Source: Microbacteriaceae bacterium (GTDB lineage: Bacteria > Actinomycetota > Actinomycetes > Actinomycetales > Microbacteriaceae). Taken from it: DNA of 64,000 bases. The position numbers and the translations under genes are program-made. The stretch is taken from NCBI GenBank assembly GCA_044338315.1, contig JBIILU010000002.1:15987-79986 (forward strand), given 5' to 3'. The notes under the pieces were generated by a model that saw only the letters and a list, made by a program, of their open reading frames with translations, did not search any database and was not told where the DNA came from. Positions 31,101 through 38,752 of this stretch are shown here, in pieces (positions within the stretch are counted from its first letter, which is position 1; each line of letters starts with the position of its first letter).

Positions 31101-32185
31101 GTGTTACCAAGGTCGGTTGCTAACGAGTTCACGGGTTCACCGAGCGGGTCGAGGAACGTGACTCCCGATTCGGGGTCGTAGTAGGTGTTCATGAAGACGA
31201 GACGAGCGTCTGTTGGATCGTCGACATCGTCAAGCATGAGCATGAGGATCAGGTAGTTCCCTGCTTCAGGGGCATCCGCTGGATTGTCAGACGCGGGTTC
31301 GATGATGAAGGGGAAGTCGCCATCGAGAGATACTCCATTCGGAAAAGTGACCTCAAACAAAGGCTCAACTGGGCCAAGAGCCGGAATTGCCTGGAACCAC
31401 AATTCCCTGAACGAATTGTTAGGTATCGAAGGATCGTCAGGGAACATAAACGCTCCACCGCTGCTTACATCTAAGGGTACGAAGTCACCGAACAACGAAT
31501 CACTACCCGCAGCAAATCGTGCATCGCCTGCAAAACCGTTACCAAACGTTTCCTGGTTGGAAATTTCAAACGGCTCCAGCAGGACGTGGTTGGGGATCAG
31601 TTCGACGGCTGCCTGGATAGTGATGTCGTCAATGAATCCGTCGGCAGTGGGTGTGGTGTCCTCCACATAGCTAGTAGTGAACGTCGCGTCACAAACGACA
31701 CCAACGAGGTGCGGCATGATCGATTCAAACACGTAGTCATCTAGCCAAGCATCGCCAAGGAGCATACGGAATGAGCCCTCGAACGAGTAGGTCGTGGCAG
31801 CGCCAGAACCGCTAGTGGCCCAGCCGTCACCGGTTGTGTCGAATTTGAGCAAACCCATCTCATTACTGTCACCACTTGGCGTAAATGCGGCAAAATAAGC
31901 CGAGCCTTCAGGAACAAGATCCATGCCGCTAAACACATTTGTGACTTCCTCAGTTGCGTCTTCGAGATAAAAACCAGGTGACAAAACCAATGACACATCT
32001 GAAGGGCCTGTGTAGTCGACTGTGTAGGTTGAGGCATCCTCTGAAACTGTTGCCGCAATAGTGAACGGGGAGCTATCGCACGAGCCAGCGCCACCGGCCT
32101 CGGCGACGATGAGTTCACCACAACCAGCGATGAGCGCAACCGGAAGGGTGATCCCTGCGACGGTCAGGAGTTTCTTTGAAAACAT
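30995..32185 (-). CDS. Acidic surface protein with N-terminal lipobox and C-terminal LGNTG sorting signal
   Basis: MFSKKLLTVAGITLPVALIAGC (lipobox LIAGC). The 396-aa body is Asp/Thr/Gly-rich. The C-terminus has LGNTG, hydrophobic AIGIGAGALLAGGVALGAVAAV and RRARAKN. Confidence 0.75.
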   Translation of the reverse strand: MFSKKLLTVAGITLPVALIAGCGELIVAEAGGAGSCDSSPFTIAATVSEDASTYTVDYTGPSDVSLVLSPGFYLEDATEEVTNVFSGMDLVPEGSAYFAAFTPSGDSNEMGLLKFDTTGDGWATSGSGAATTYSFEGSFRMLLGDAWLDDYVFESIMPHLVGVVCDATFTTSYVEDTTPTADGFIDDITIQAAVELIPNHVLLEPFEISNQETFGNGFAGDARFAAGSDSLFGDFVPLDVSSGGAFMFPDDPSIPNNSFRELWFQAIPALGPVEPLFEVTFPNGVSLDGDFPFIIEPASDNPADAPEAGNYLILMLMLDDVDDPTDARLVFMNTYYDPESGVTFLDPLGEPVNSLATDLGNTGVDATAIGIGAGALLAGGVALGAVAAVRRARAKN

Positions 32186-32325
32186 GTTTACCTCTCGAAG
32201 TTTGATTCGTCGACGCGAATCAGTTTCTGCTACTCTATCGAATTCATGTGAGCTGACTCAAGGCAACGCGCAGCACTTAATCAGTTGGCGCAACACTTCC
32301 GTACCGCCCCAACGGCACGATGGTT

Positions 32326-32483
32326 GGTTAAACGAGGAAGGGCCGAGCTTTCGCCCGACCCTTCCTCGTTAGAACTGACTAGTTCTTGGCTCGTGCGCGT
32401 CGCACAGCGGCAACTGCACCTAGTGCAACTCCACCGGCGAGCAGTGCACCAGCACCGACGCCGATCGCGGATGCGTCAACACC
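32326..32483 (-). repeat. Direct repeat copy 2: sorting-signal codons plus 3' hairpin cassette
   Basis: Aligns with 30943..31100. It covers the last ~35 codons of surface protein C, its stop and the downstream hairpin. Confidence 0.85.
32332..32369 (-). terminator. 17-bp hairpin with GAAA loop downstream of surface protein C
   Basis: Minus-strand RNA ACGAGGAAGGGUCGGGC-GAAA-GCUCGGCCCUUCCUCGU, 9 nt after the stop. The base of the stem differs from copy 1 but stays complementary. Confidence 0.55.
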
Positions 32484-33215
32484 GGTCGAGGCCAGGTTGC
32501 CGAGGCTCCAACGAATGATGACGGCACCGGACGCGCCGTCTTGGTAGGTCGTCCCGCAGACACTGCCACCTGCACCGTACGTGGGTGTTGGGCATTCACC
32601 TGCGGTGGCATAGATTCTGCCGCTGGGAGCATAAAGTGGCTCGCCGTCAGTCACGGGGAAGAGTGGATTGTTCGCACCAGCCACGTTGACATCACTCAGC
32701 GGAAAGCCAGCGTAAGCCATGATGTTGTCGTCAAATCCGGAACCTAATCCGTCGGCTGAGTCCTCTCCGAGCTCCGAAGCTTCGCCGTCTAATCCGTCGA
32801 TCACCGTATCGACGATTGAGTTTGTCCAGAGGAGTTCCTCGTAGGTCCCTCCTTCACCAACGGTGACGGCTAGCGCGCCCGTGACGTCCTCATAGGAATA
32901 GTGTTCCATGTAGGCTCCGTAGCCGAAGAACTTCCTTAAGGAGGTTGGGTCTTCTGTCACGGTCTCTTTTTCTGACCCAGCGCCACCACCGATGAGCACT
33001 GCTTCAAATGCGGTCACGCCCGCAGGTGCATCGAACGAGTAATCACCGGCAGTTCCGTAAATGACCTGACAAATGCTGCCGTTGATGAGGCTGACGGTTG
33101 CGCCTGTGTGCGTTCCGCAGTCTGCGGCCGTTGCGGCCTGTGCTGCGGTTGCGCCAAGCAGCGAGCCTGCACCCATCAGGGCAACGGATCCGGCTGCAAG
33201 AATTTTGTTCGTCAT
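32379..33215 (-). CDS. Wall-anchored glycine-rich-domain surface protein (LASTG sorting signal)
   Basis: Signal peptide MTNKILAAGSVALMGAGSLLGATAAQA. Contains YSFDAPAGVTAFEAVLIGGGAGS..VTVGEGG..GAGGSVCG..GAVIIRW. The C-terminus has LASTG, a hydrophobic stretch and RRARAKN. The ATG overlaps the upstream stop (ATGA). Confidence 0.78.
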   Translation of the reverse strand: MTNKILAAGSVALMGAGSLLGATAAQAATAADCGTHTGATVSLINGSICQVIYGTAGDYSFDAPAGVTAFEAVLIGGGAGSEKETVTEDPTSLRKFFGYGAYMEHYSYEDVTGALAVTVGEGGTYEELLWTNSIVDTVIDGLDGEASELGEDSADGLGSGFDDNIMAYAGFPLSDVNVAGANNPLFPVTDGEPLYAPSGRIYATAGECPTPTYGAGGSVCGTTYQDGASGAVIIRWSLGNLASTGVDASAIGVGAGALLAGGVALGAVAAVRRARAKN

Positions 33216-34669
33216 GATTTGCCTTTCGAGGGGGTGATGTTGTTGGAAATAATTGTTCGGTCTACTTTACCAAGTTGATTGCGCGGAATCTCCGCCATTC
33301 GAACGAGCGCACCGAAGGCCAGGTCGGGTAGGAATTCCTTGACGCGGGCGGCCAAAATCGCCGGTTCGGGCGGGTGCTTGGTGACAAATGCGATTCCGAC
33401 CGATGTTGCGCCGGTGGCGTTGGTGAATTGGAAACTTGCCGCGTCCAGAAACAAGCCCGATTCCACAAGCCACTGGTCCAGGTCCAGCAGGTTGAATTTT
33501 GCCCCACCCGCATTCACCAGGTCGTCGCGGCGCCCCGCCAACCACAATCGGTTCTGGTCATCGATTCGCCCGTAATCTCCGGGATAGAACCAGCCGTCTC
33601 GAAATCCGGAGAATCCGGTGGTGACGGGGTTTTTCCAATAACCGCTGGGCATGCCGTCTTTCCGGAAGCGCAGAATTCCTTCGGTGTGGGCGGGCAGGGC
33701 CGCGCCGTTCTCATCCACAATTTCCGCGTCGATTTCGTCCACAATCTCGCCCACCATGGACGGGCTGAGCGTGTCGACCGTCCCGCGCGTGACGGTGCCG
33801 ACTTCGGTGGATCCGTAAAGGTAGGTGGGGGTCACACCGAAGAACATCTGGCATTCGGTCACCGTCTTTGACGGGATGAGGCTGCCGGCCACTTCGACGA
33901 TTTCGAGTGCCGTTTGTGGTTTGCCCGCGCGCTCCGCTTCGACCAGCACATCCGCCAGTCGTGCGGGTGAGGTCTTGATCGCCGCCACGCGATTCTGTGA
34001 AATGAGGCTGAAGTTCTCAGCCGCCCCCGCCACGGCGAAGTAGGTTTCACCGTTCATCATCGCCCACATAAATGTTTGGTATCCGGTCACCGTGTCGAGC
34101 CCCAGAAGAGACATGAACGGGACGCGGGGAATCCAGTTGCGGTGGGCGGAGTCGACTCGCGCCGTCAAGTAGTCGCTGGTGAACGGCACCCCTTTGGGTG
34201 TGCCGGTTGTGCCGCTGGAGAAAACGACCCGCACGACATCGTCGCCACCGAGCTCCACAATTCCGGCCCGAGGCGCCGCCCCAGCCAACGACCGCACAAA
34301 ATCGAGCGACAGTTCGACGACGGGAAGGTCGCCCGCACCGCGCGCCATTCCATCCGTCAGGACCAGGTCAATCGAGTCGCGGTATCCGCGCAGAATTGTT
34401 TCGGAAACGCGCATCGACACGGCACCCAGTTGCAGCAGCGCGAGCATTGCCACAGCCTCCATCTCTGGCCGAGCATTCACGCCCACAACGGAACCTTGCC
34501 GCACACCGGATTGCTCCAGCTTGCTCGCCATGCGCCTGACCGTGTCGGCAATGTCCCCAAACTTCAGCGTGCCACCGACGCTGACGACCGCCGGTGAGTC
34601 GGGCGTGCGGTCGGCGCACTCAAAGAATTGGACGACGGGGTTCACGTCTCTATCCAACCGCAGTTGCAC
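33212..34669 (-). CDS. Stand-alone adenylate-forming enzyme (AMP-dependent synthetase/ligase)
   Basis: 485 aa with core motifs FSSGTTGTPKG, YGSTEVG, YPGDYGRID, GRRDDLVNAGGAKF and PRNQLGKVDR. The GTG follows the upstream TGA directly. Confidence 0.85.
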   Translation of the reverse strand: MQLRLDRDVNPVVQFFECADRTPDSPAVVSVGGTLKFGDIADTVRRMASKLEQSGVRQGSVVGVNARPEMEAVAMLALLQLGAVSMRVSETILRGYRDSIDLVLTDGMARGAGDLPVVELSLDFVRSLAGAAPRAGIVELGGDDVVRVVFSSGTTGTPKGVPFTSDYLTARVDSAHRNWIPRVPFMSLLGLDTVTGYQTFMWAMMNGETYFAVAGAAENFSLISQNRVAAIKTSPARLADVLVEAERAGKPQTALEIVEVAGSLIPSKTVTECQMFFGVTPTYLYGSTEVGTVTRGTVDTLSPSMVGEIVDEIDAEIVDENGAALPAHTEGILRFRKDGMPSGYWKNPVTTGFSGFRDGWFYPGDYGRIDDQNRLWLAGRRDDLVNAGGAKFNLLDLDQWLVESGLFLDAASFQFTNATGATSVGIAFVTKHPPEPAILAARVKEFLPDLAFGALVRMAEIPRNQLGKVDRTIISNNITPSKGKS

Positions 34670-35497
34670 TCACGGCAGATCCAGCGAACCGTTTTTCACC
34701 CGTTTCGGGTAATCCGTCGGGTACGCCTTCTGCTTGGGGCAGGTCGCCAGCACTTCCTTCATCGCCACCTTCTCGTCGGGGGTGACCCACAACTTGTAAG
34801 CGGCCTTCACCGAAACCTGGCGTGACACATACCAACACCACACCTTCCGGCGCGGGGGCAACCACCAATCGGCGCTGTCGTCACCCTTCGAACTGTTCGT
34901 CGGGCCGTCCACTGCGACCAGGTTGAGCGGGTCGTTCGCTAACGCAACCCGCAAATCGTAACTGATTTTCCGAGCCCCCGTCTTCCAGGCATTCGACAGG
35001 GCGACGATGTGGTCGATCTGCACCGCGTTCGACGTGCCCCTGCCGCGTTTGAACGAGATGGTCTCGCCCGTGTACGGGTCGTCGATGACCCCCGTGTACA
35101 CCAGACACCAATCCGCACGGGTGATGTCCTCAAAGTCGCGGCGCAAAATATCGTTGCGAGTGTCGCACCCGTTGCCGTCCACGTCATACCAACTCGGCCC
35201 GAAACCGCCTTCGCGGTCATACCCCGACTGCGGCCCCAACGCCTTCACCGGCAACGTGTTCAACAGCGCAAGGGCTGTTCCCGCCGGTGCCGTGACGTCC
35301 TCGGTCGGGGTGGGCGTCGGCGTGGGCGTTTCGGTCGCGGCGGGGGAAGGCTGGGCGCTGGCCGAGTACGTCGGCCGCGCATCCGGCGTCTGCTCGTTGT
35401 CCGGCGCGAACGCGCTGTTAATCGACCCGATCACCCACAACACGAAGATAACTCCAAGCCCAATGGGCGTGAGGGTGAACTTGCGAGCCATGCTCAC
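34670..35497 (-). CDS. Membrane-anchored/secreted DUF1524-type His-Me (HNH-like) nuclease
   Basis: N-terminal TM (LTPIGLGVIFVLWVIGSI) and a Pro/Thr linker (TETPTPTPTPTED). Contains GYDREGGFGPSWYDVDGNGCDTRNDIL, IDHIVALSNAWKTGA and DPLNLVAVDGPTNSSKGD. The start may be ATG 35491. Confidence 0.8.
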   Translation of the reverse strand: MSMARKFTLTPIGLGVIFVLWVIGSINSAFAPDNEQTPDARPTYSASAQPSPAATETPTPTPTPTEDVTAPAGTALALLNTLPVKALGPQSGYDREGGFGPSWYDVDGNGCDTRNDILRRDFEDITRADWCLVYTGVIDDPYTGETISFKRGRGTSNAVQIDHIVALSNAWKTGARKISYDLRVALANDPLNLVAVDGPTNSSKGDDSADWWLPPRRKVWCWYVSRQVSVKAAYKLWVTPDEKVAMKEVLATCPKQKAYPTDYPKRVKNGSLDLP

Positions 35498-35525
35498 AGC
35501 CTATGAGCGGCCTGCGACGTAGACG

Positions 35526-36413
35526 TTATGACGCCATAAACAATTCAAACCGTTGGGCCAGCTTGTCTCGGTCGGGTTTGTTGGCCTTCGATGTCGGTGT
35601 CGTGATTTCAGTCAGGTGCATGTCTTTGAGTCCGTGTTGAAGCATCGGCCCGTCGATTTCCTCGAGCAATGCTGCATCGATATGAACCGTGTAATCGGGA
35701 TCGATGCCCAGAAGGTTCCGGTCGTACGCGGCATGGTGAATCTTGCAAAGCGACAGACCGTTGGGGACAGAGGCCGATCCGCCCTCGTCCGCGTCGGGGA
35801 TGATGTGTGCCGCATCAAGCAGATCCGCGTGGTTGAGGCGACAGATTGCGCACCGACGGTCGTATGCGCTCAAAACCCTTGCGCGAAAGAGGGGCTGGTG
35901 GACACGGCGGCGAACTTCAACAGTTGCGTATCGCCTTTCAACCTCGGACATCCCCACTTCGACCTGTGCCTTGATCGTTGCGTCCACGGCGATTTCGACG
36001 TGCCCGGCTTCGAAGTCCGCTTTGAGGAGGAAAGCCCCAACGTATGGCACATAAAGGTTCGAGATGGGGCGTTCAAAAAGAATTATGGGAGTCCGGGTCT
36101 CCATCGCAACCAACATTTTTCTATTCGAGCCGGCTCGTGGATCTCCCGCCTCAAACTTGTAGCGCAGGATCCCGTTCTCGTCGAAGTGGTCGTCATAGGG
36201 GCCTTCGGCCGCACTGGTCACCGTGAGTGTCGCGTCAAACAACTGTGGGTTGATAATTCCGCGTTGACCAACCAGCGCAATTCGCTGACCATCAATCTCG
36301 AAATTCATGAGTTGGTTGTAGGTGAGTGCCCCACCGAACTCCGTCGCCATCTCGCGAACCTTGGCGAAAATTTTTTCGCGGAGCAGGTCTTGCTCCATCT
36401 GCGTAAGTGCCAT
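35526..36413 (-). CDS. HNH_2-type endonuclease with SRA/PUA-like N-terminal domain (type IV restriction-like)
   Basis: C-terminal CAICRLNHADLLDAAHIIP..NGLSLCKIHHAAYD (HNH). N-terminal GIINPQ..GPYDDHFDENGILRYKFEAGDPRAGSNRKMLVAMETRTPIILFE resembles SRA/YDG-type base-flipping readers; this domain assignment is inference. Confidence 0.78.
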   Translation of the reverse strand: MALTQMEQDLLREKIFAKVREMATEFGGALTYNQLMNFEIDGQRIALVGQRGIINPQLFDATLTVTSAAEGPYDDHFDENGILRYKFEAGDPRAGSNRKMLVAMETRTPIILFERPISNLYVPYVGAFLLKADFEAGHVEIAVDATIKAQVEVGMSEVERRYATVEVRRRVHQPLFRARVLSAYDRRCAICRLNHADLLDAAHIIPDADEGGSASVPNGLSLCKIHHAAYDRNLLGIDPDYTVHIDAALLEEIDGPMLQHGLKDMHLTEITTPTSKANKPDRDKLAQRFELFMAS

Positions 36414-36538
36414 GTGTCCTGGCTACCAGCTAAAGCGAGTTTGGGCAAGGGCATAATGCTCAATATAAGCAATTGATGGTCGATGCCCCACGGGGTAACC
36501 CATAGCGAAACCCAAGAAACATTTCCTAAACTGAGTAC

Positions 36539-36904
36539 ATGACAGAAACAACAAAGGCCGCGGGCACGCCCGCGGCGACGCAACCAATCAACCAGGTCGC
36601 CCTCTGGGCGATGATCACCGGCATCGCCGGACTAACCGTCGGATGGATGGTGCCACTGCCGTTTAGTATCGCGGCCGTCGTCCTCGGACACATCGGGCTC
36701 TCCCAACTCAAGCGCGGTCAGGGCACGGGCCGTGGTTATGCCATCGCCGGTCTCGCGACCGGGTACACCGGCATCGCGATTGCCATCCTGTTCATCGGCT
36801 TGATCATCCTCGCGTTCGTCACCCTCGGGTTCGACGGAGTCGCGCAGTTGTTCTTCGACGAAGGCGGCAGCTGGCGGGACATGCCCGGCATGATGTACCC
36901 CTAA
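36539..36904 (+). CDS. DUF4190-like small membrane protein
   Basis: 121 aa with two long hydrophobic segments (LWAMITGIAGLTVGWMV.. and YAIAGLATGYTGIAIAILFIGLIILAF). Confidence 0.68.
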   Translation: MTETTKAAGTPAATQPINQVALWAMITGIAGLTVGWMVPLPFSIAAVVLGHIGLSQLKRGQGTGRGYAIAGLATGYTGIAIAILFIGLIILAFVTLGFDGVAQLFFDEGGSWRDMPGMMYP

Positions 36905-36920
36905 GCCTCAACGAATCACC

Positions 36921-36952
36921 GGTGACGGCCGTTCCGCGGGGCGGTCGTCACC
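36921..36952. terminator. Hairpin between convergent genes (bidirectional terminator candidate)
   Basis: GGTGACGGCCG-ttccgcgggg-CGGTCGTCACC (11-bp arms, one mismatch). It lies between the DUF4190 stop (36904) and the glutaredoxin-like stop (36956). Confidence 0.45.
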
Positions 36953-36955
36953 TCG

Positions 36956-37201
36956 TTAAAGGAGGTTGTTCGCGGTGAGGCGCTCTTCCAACTGCGGGTT
37001 GGACGGCTCTGAGAGGAACGAACCGTCGGGGAAGACGATCACGGGGATCTTGGCCAGGCCGCTGATTTCGCGAGCTTTCGCCTGGTCCTCCTCAGATGCG
37101 TCGGTGTCGTGCCATTCATAGGCGACCCCGTGGCGGTCGAGAAGCATTTTTGCTCGTGTGCAGTCGCCGCACCAGTCGGCTCCGTAAACATCAATAGTCA
37201 T
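36956..37201 (-). CDS. Glutaredoxin/NrdH-like small redoxin
   Basis: 81 aa, MTIDVYGADWCGDCTRAKMLLDRHGV (CxxC = CGDC). The thioredoxin-fold pattern includes IPVIVFPDG. Confidence 0.75.
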   Translation of the reverse strand: MTIDVYGADWCGDCTRAKMLLDRHGVAYEWHDTDASEEDQAKAREISGLAKIPVIVFPDGSFLSEPSNPQLEERLTANNLL

Positions 37202-37232
37202 GTTTTCAGTCTATTTCAGTTGAGGGAAATCC

Positions 37233-38672
37233 GTGTCTGTCCTCGCCCGTAAAATTGGCTCAACAACGGGAGGCGGCGGCGACATGGTTTCGGTAACGGG
37301 CACGTTCAAGAGCGTCAGCGATGGCGTCGTCGGGTTCGTTCCCGATCGCAACGCGCCGTCGTCGGTTCCGCCAACCGTCATGTTGTCTGGTTTCCGTCAG
37401 TTCCCCGGGGTCGCACCCGAACTGGTTGCGCCACTGGGGGAAACAGTCACCGTCGATTACGACACCGCCGCAAAGCACATCATGTTCCCCGTCGATCGGT
37501 GGCTCGATGCTGACCTGCTTCATGCGTATCCGGAGGGCACGGTCACGCTGGCTCTGGTTCAGACCGTCACACGACAGAGCGCCACCGTGTTCATCCACCC
37601 GACGATGCCCATCGTCATGAACCGCGAAGATTTCTCGTCGAACGCGAAGGACGTCGTCGACCGCCTGCTGACCGACGGCGATGTCATCCCGGTGCGCATC
37701 GCGCACAACGCCAAAGGCGCTGTCAGGCTGCGCGCGCACGATATCAACGACGACGAAACGGTTCTGGCCGCCCCCGAGTTGTTCCCCGGCCGAGGGCCGT
37801 GGTTGGCCGCGATGTCGCTGACGACAGTCGACGAGATTCGCGAGCGCTACCTGGCCGAGAAACGCCAGCGCGACGAATTCAACGACGCGATGGAGAAACT
37901 CGCCGCGCAGCTGGACACCGACATTCACGAACTGCGCGAAGTGCTGGCCGGAATCGGCACGGGCACGGGCGAAATCCCGGTCGCTACGACCACCGCCCCC
38001 AAGAGCGAAAAAGAGAAGGTTGCCGACGCCGTTCGCGACATGGCGACCTCGCACATCACCAAGGTGCTGTTGGCCTACAAGAGCCAGATCACGACGCTGA
38101 TTACCCAGAACAAGGCGCTCGTCGCCGACGTCGAAGAGAAGACCGAGAACGACCGCACGCTACGCGCCGAACTGTCAACCGCCCGCCAGCGCATCCAGGA
38201 ACTCGACAAACAACTGGGCAGTGCACGCGGGTCCGATTCGATGCCCGACCGCCGACACCACTTCACGACCGCCACGGAATGGATCATCGAAGAGGTTCGC
38301 CGGTTCTGGCTCGACAACTACACCCCCGCCGACCGCGCGTCCTTCCCGCTCAACGTCGACCAGTGGCGCGTGCTGCCATCGTTTGCCACGACGTTCGAGG
38401 CCCTGACCGACGACGGCATGGACAAGGCAATCAAGACCGCGACCCACATCGTCACCGGACGCAACGCTGTCGAACACATTTTCGAAGACCACCCGCTTCG
38501 CGAAGGCGACGAAACGAGCAAACCCGAAGTCGTCCGCGACGACGGCGCCGCGTCGAGGCGCGCGTACATCGAATCGCACACCGCCCAGTCGCGCCGTCTG
38601 CACTATTGGCGCCTGCGCGACGGGTCGATCGAACTGTCACGGGTCGGTTTGCACGACGACTTCACGCCGTAA
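37233..38672 (+). CDS. Hypothetical 479-aa protein (OB-like N-terminus, coiled coil, RelE/ParE-like C-terminus?)
   Basis: Long ORF with coding-like composition. Two candidate starts each have an SD: GTG 37233 (GAGGGA) and ATG 37284 (GGGAGG). I recognise no confident family. See findings. Confidence 0.62.
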   Translation: MSVLARKIGSTTGGGGDMVSVTGTFKSVSDGVVGFVPDRNAPSSVPPTVMLSGFRQFPGVAPELVAPLGETVTVDYDTAAKHIMFPVDRWLDADLLHAYPEGTVTLALVQTVTRQSATVFIHPTMPIVMNREDFSSNAKDVVDRLLTDGDVIPVRIAHNAKGAVRLRAHDINDDETVLAAPELFPGRGPWLAAMSLTTVDEIRERYLAEKRQRDEFNDAMEKLAAQLDTDIHELREVLAGIGTGTGEIPVATTTAPKSEKEKVADAVRDMATSHITKVLLAYKSQITTLITQNKALVADVEEKTENDRTLRAELSTARQRIQELDKQLGSARGSDSMPDRRHHFTTATEWIIEEVRRFWLDNYTPADRASFPLNVDQWRVLPSFATTFEALTDDGMDKAIKTATHIVTGRNAVEHIFEDHPLREGDETSKPEVVRDDGAASRRAYIESHTAQSRRLHYWRLRDGSIELSRVGLHDDFTP

Positions 38673-38752
38673 CCGTTTTCCGCACAAAAACTGCGCAAAC
38701 ACGCACAAAACCCTTTGGGGTCAAACGATTTCGCCAGAGTAATGTGAACAAC

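Noticed and set aside
35553-36476. 307-aa plus-strand ORF antisense to the HNH endonuclease
   Set aside because: The minus-strand frame contains an unambiguous HNH motif and an SD plus ATG. The plus-strand translation has no recognisable features.
37799-38752. 318-codon N-terminal extension of the aspartase ORF (37799..40237)
   Set aside because: The extension is extremely Arg/Pro/His-rich and overlaps the 479-aa ORF 37233..38672 out of frame. The aspartase homology begins only after ATG 38753.
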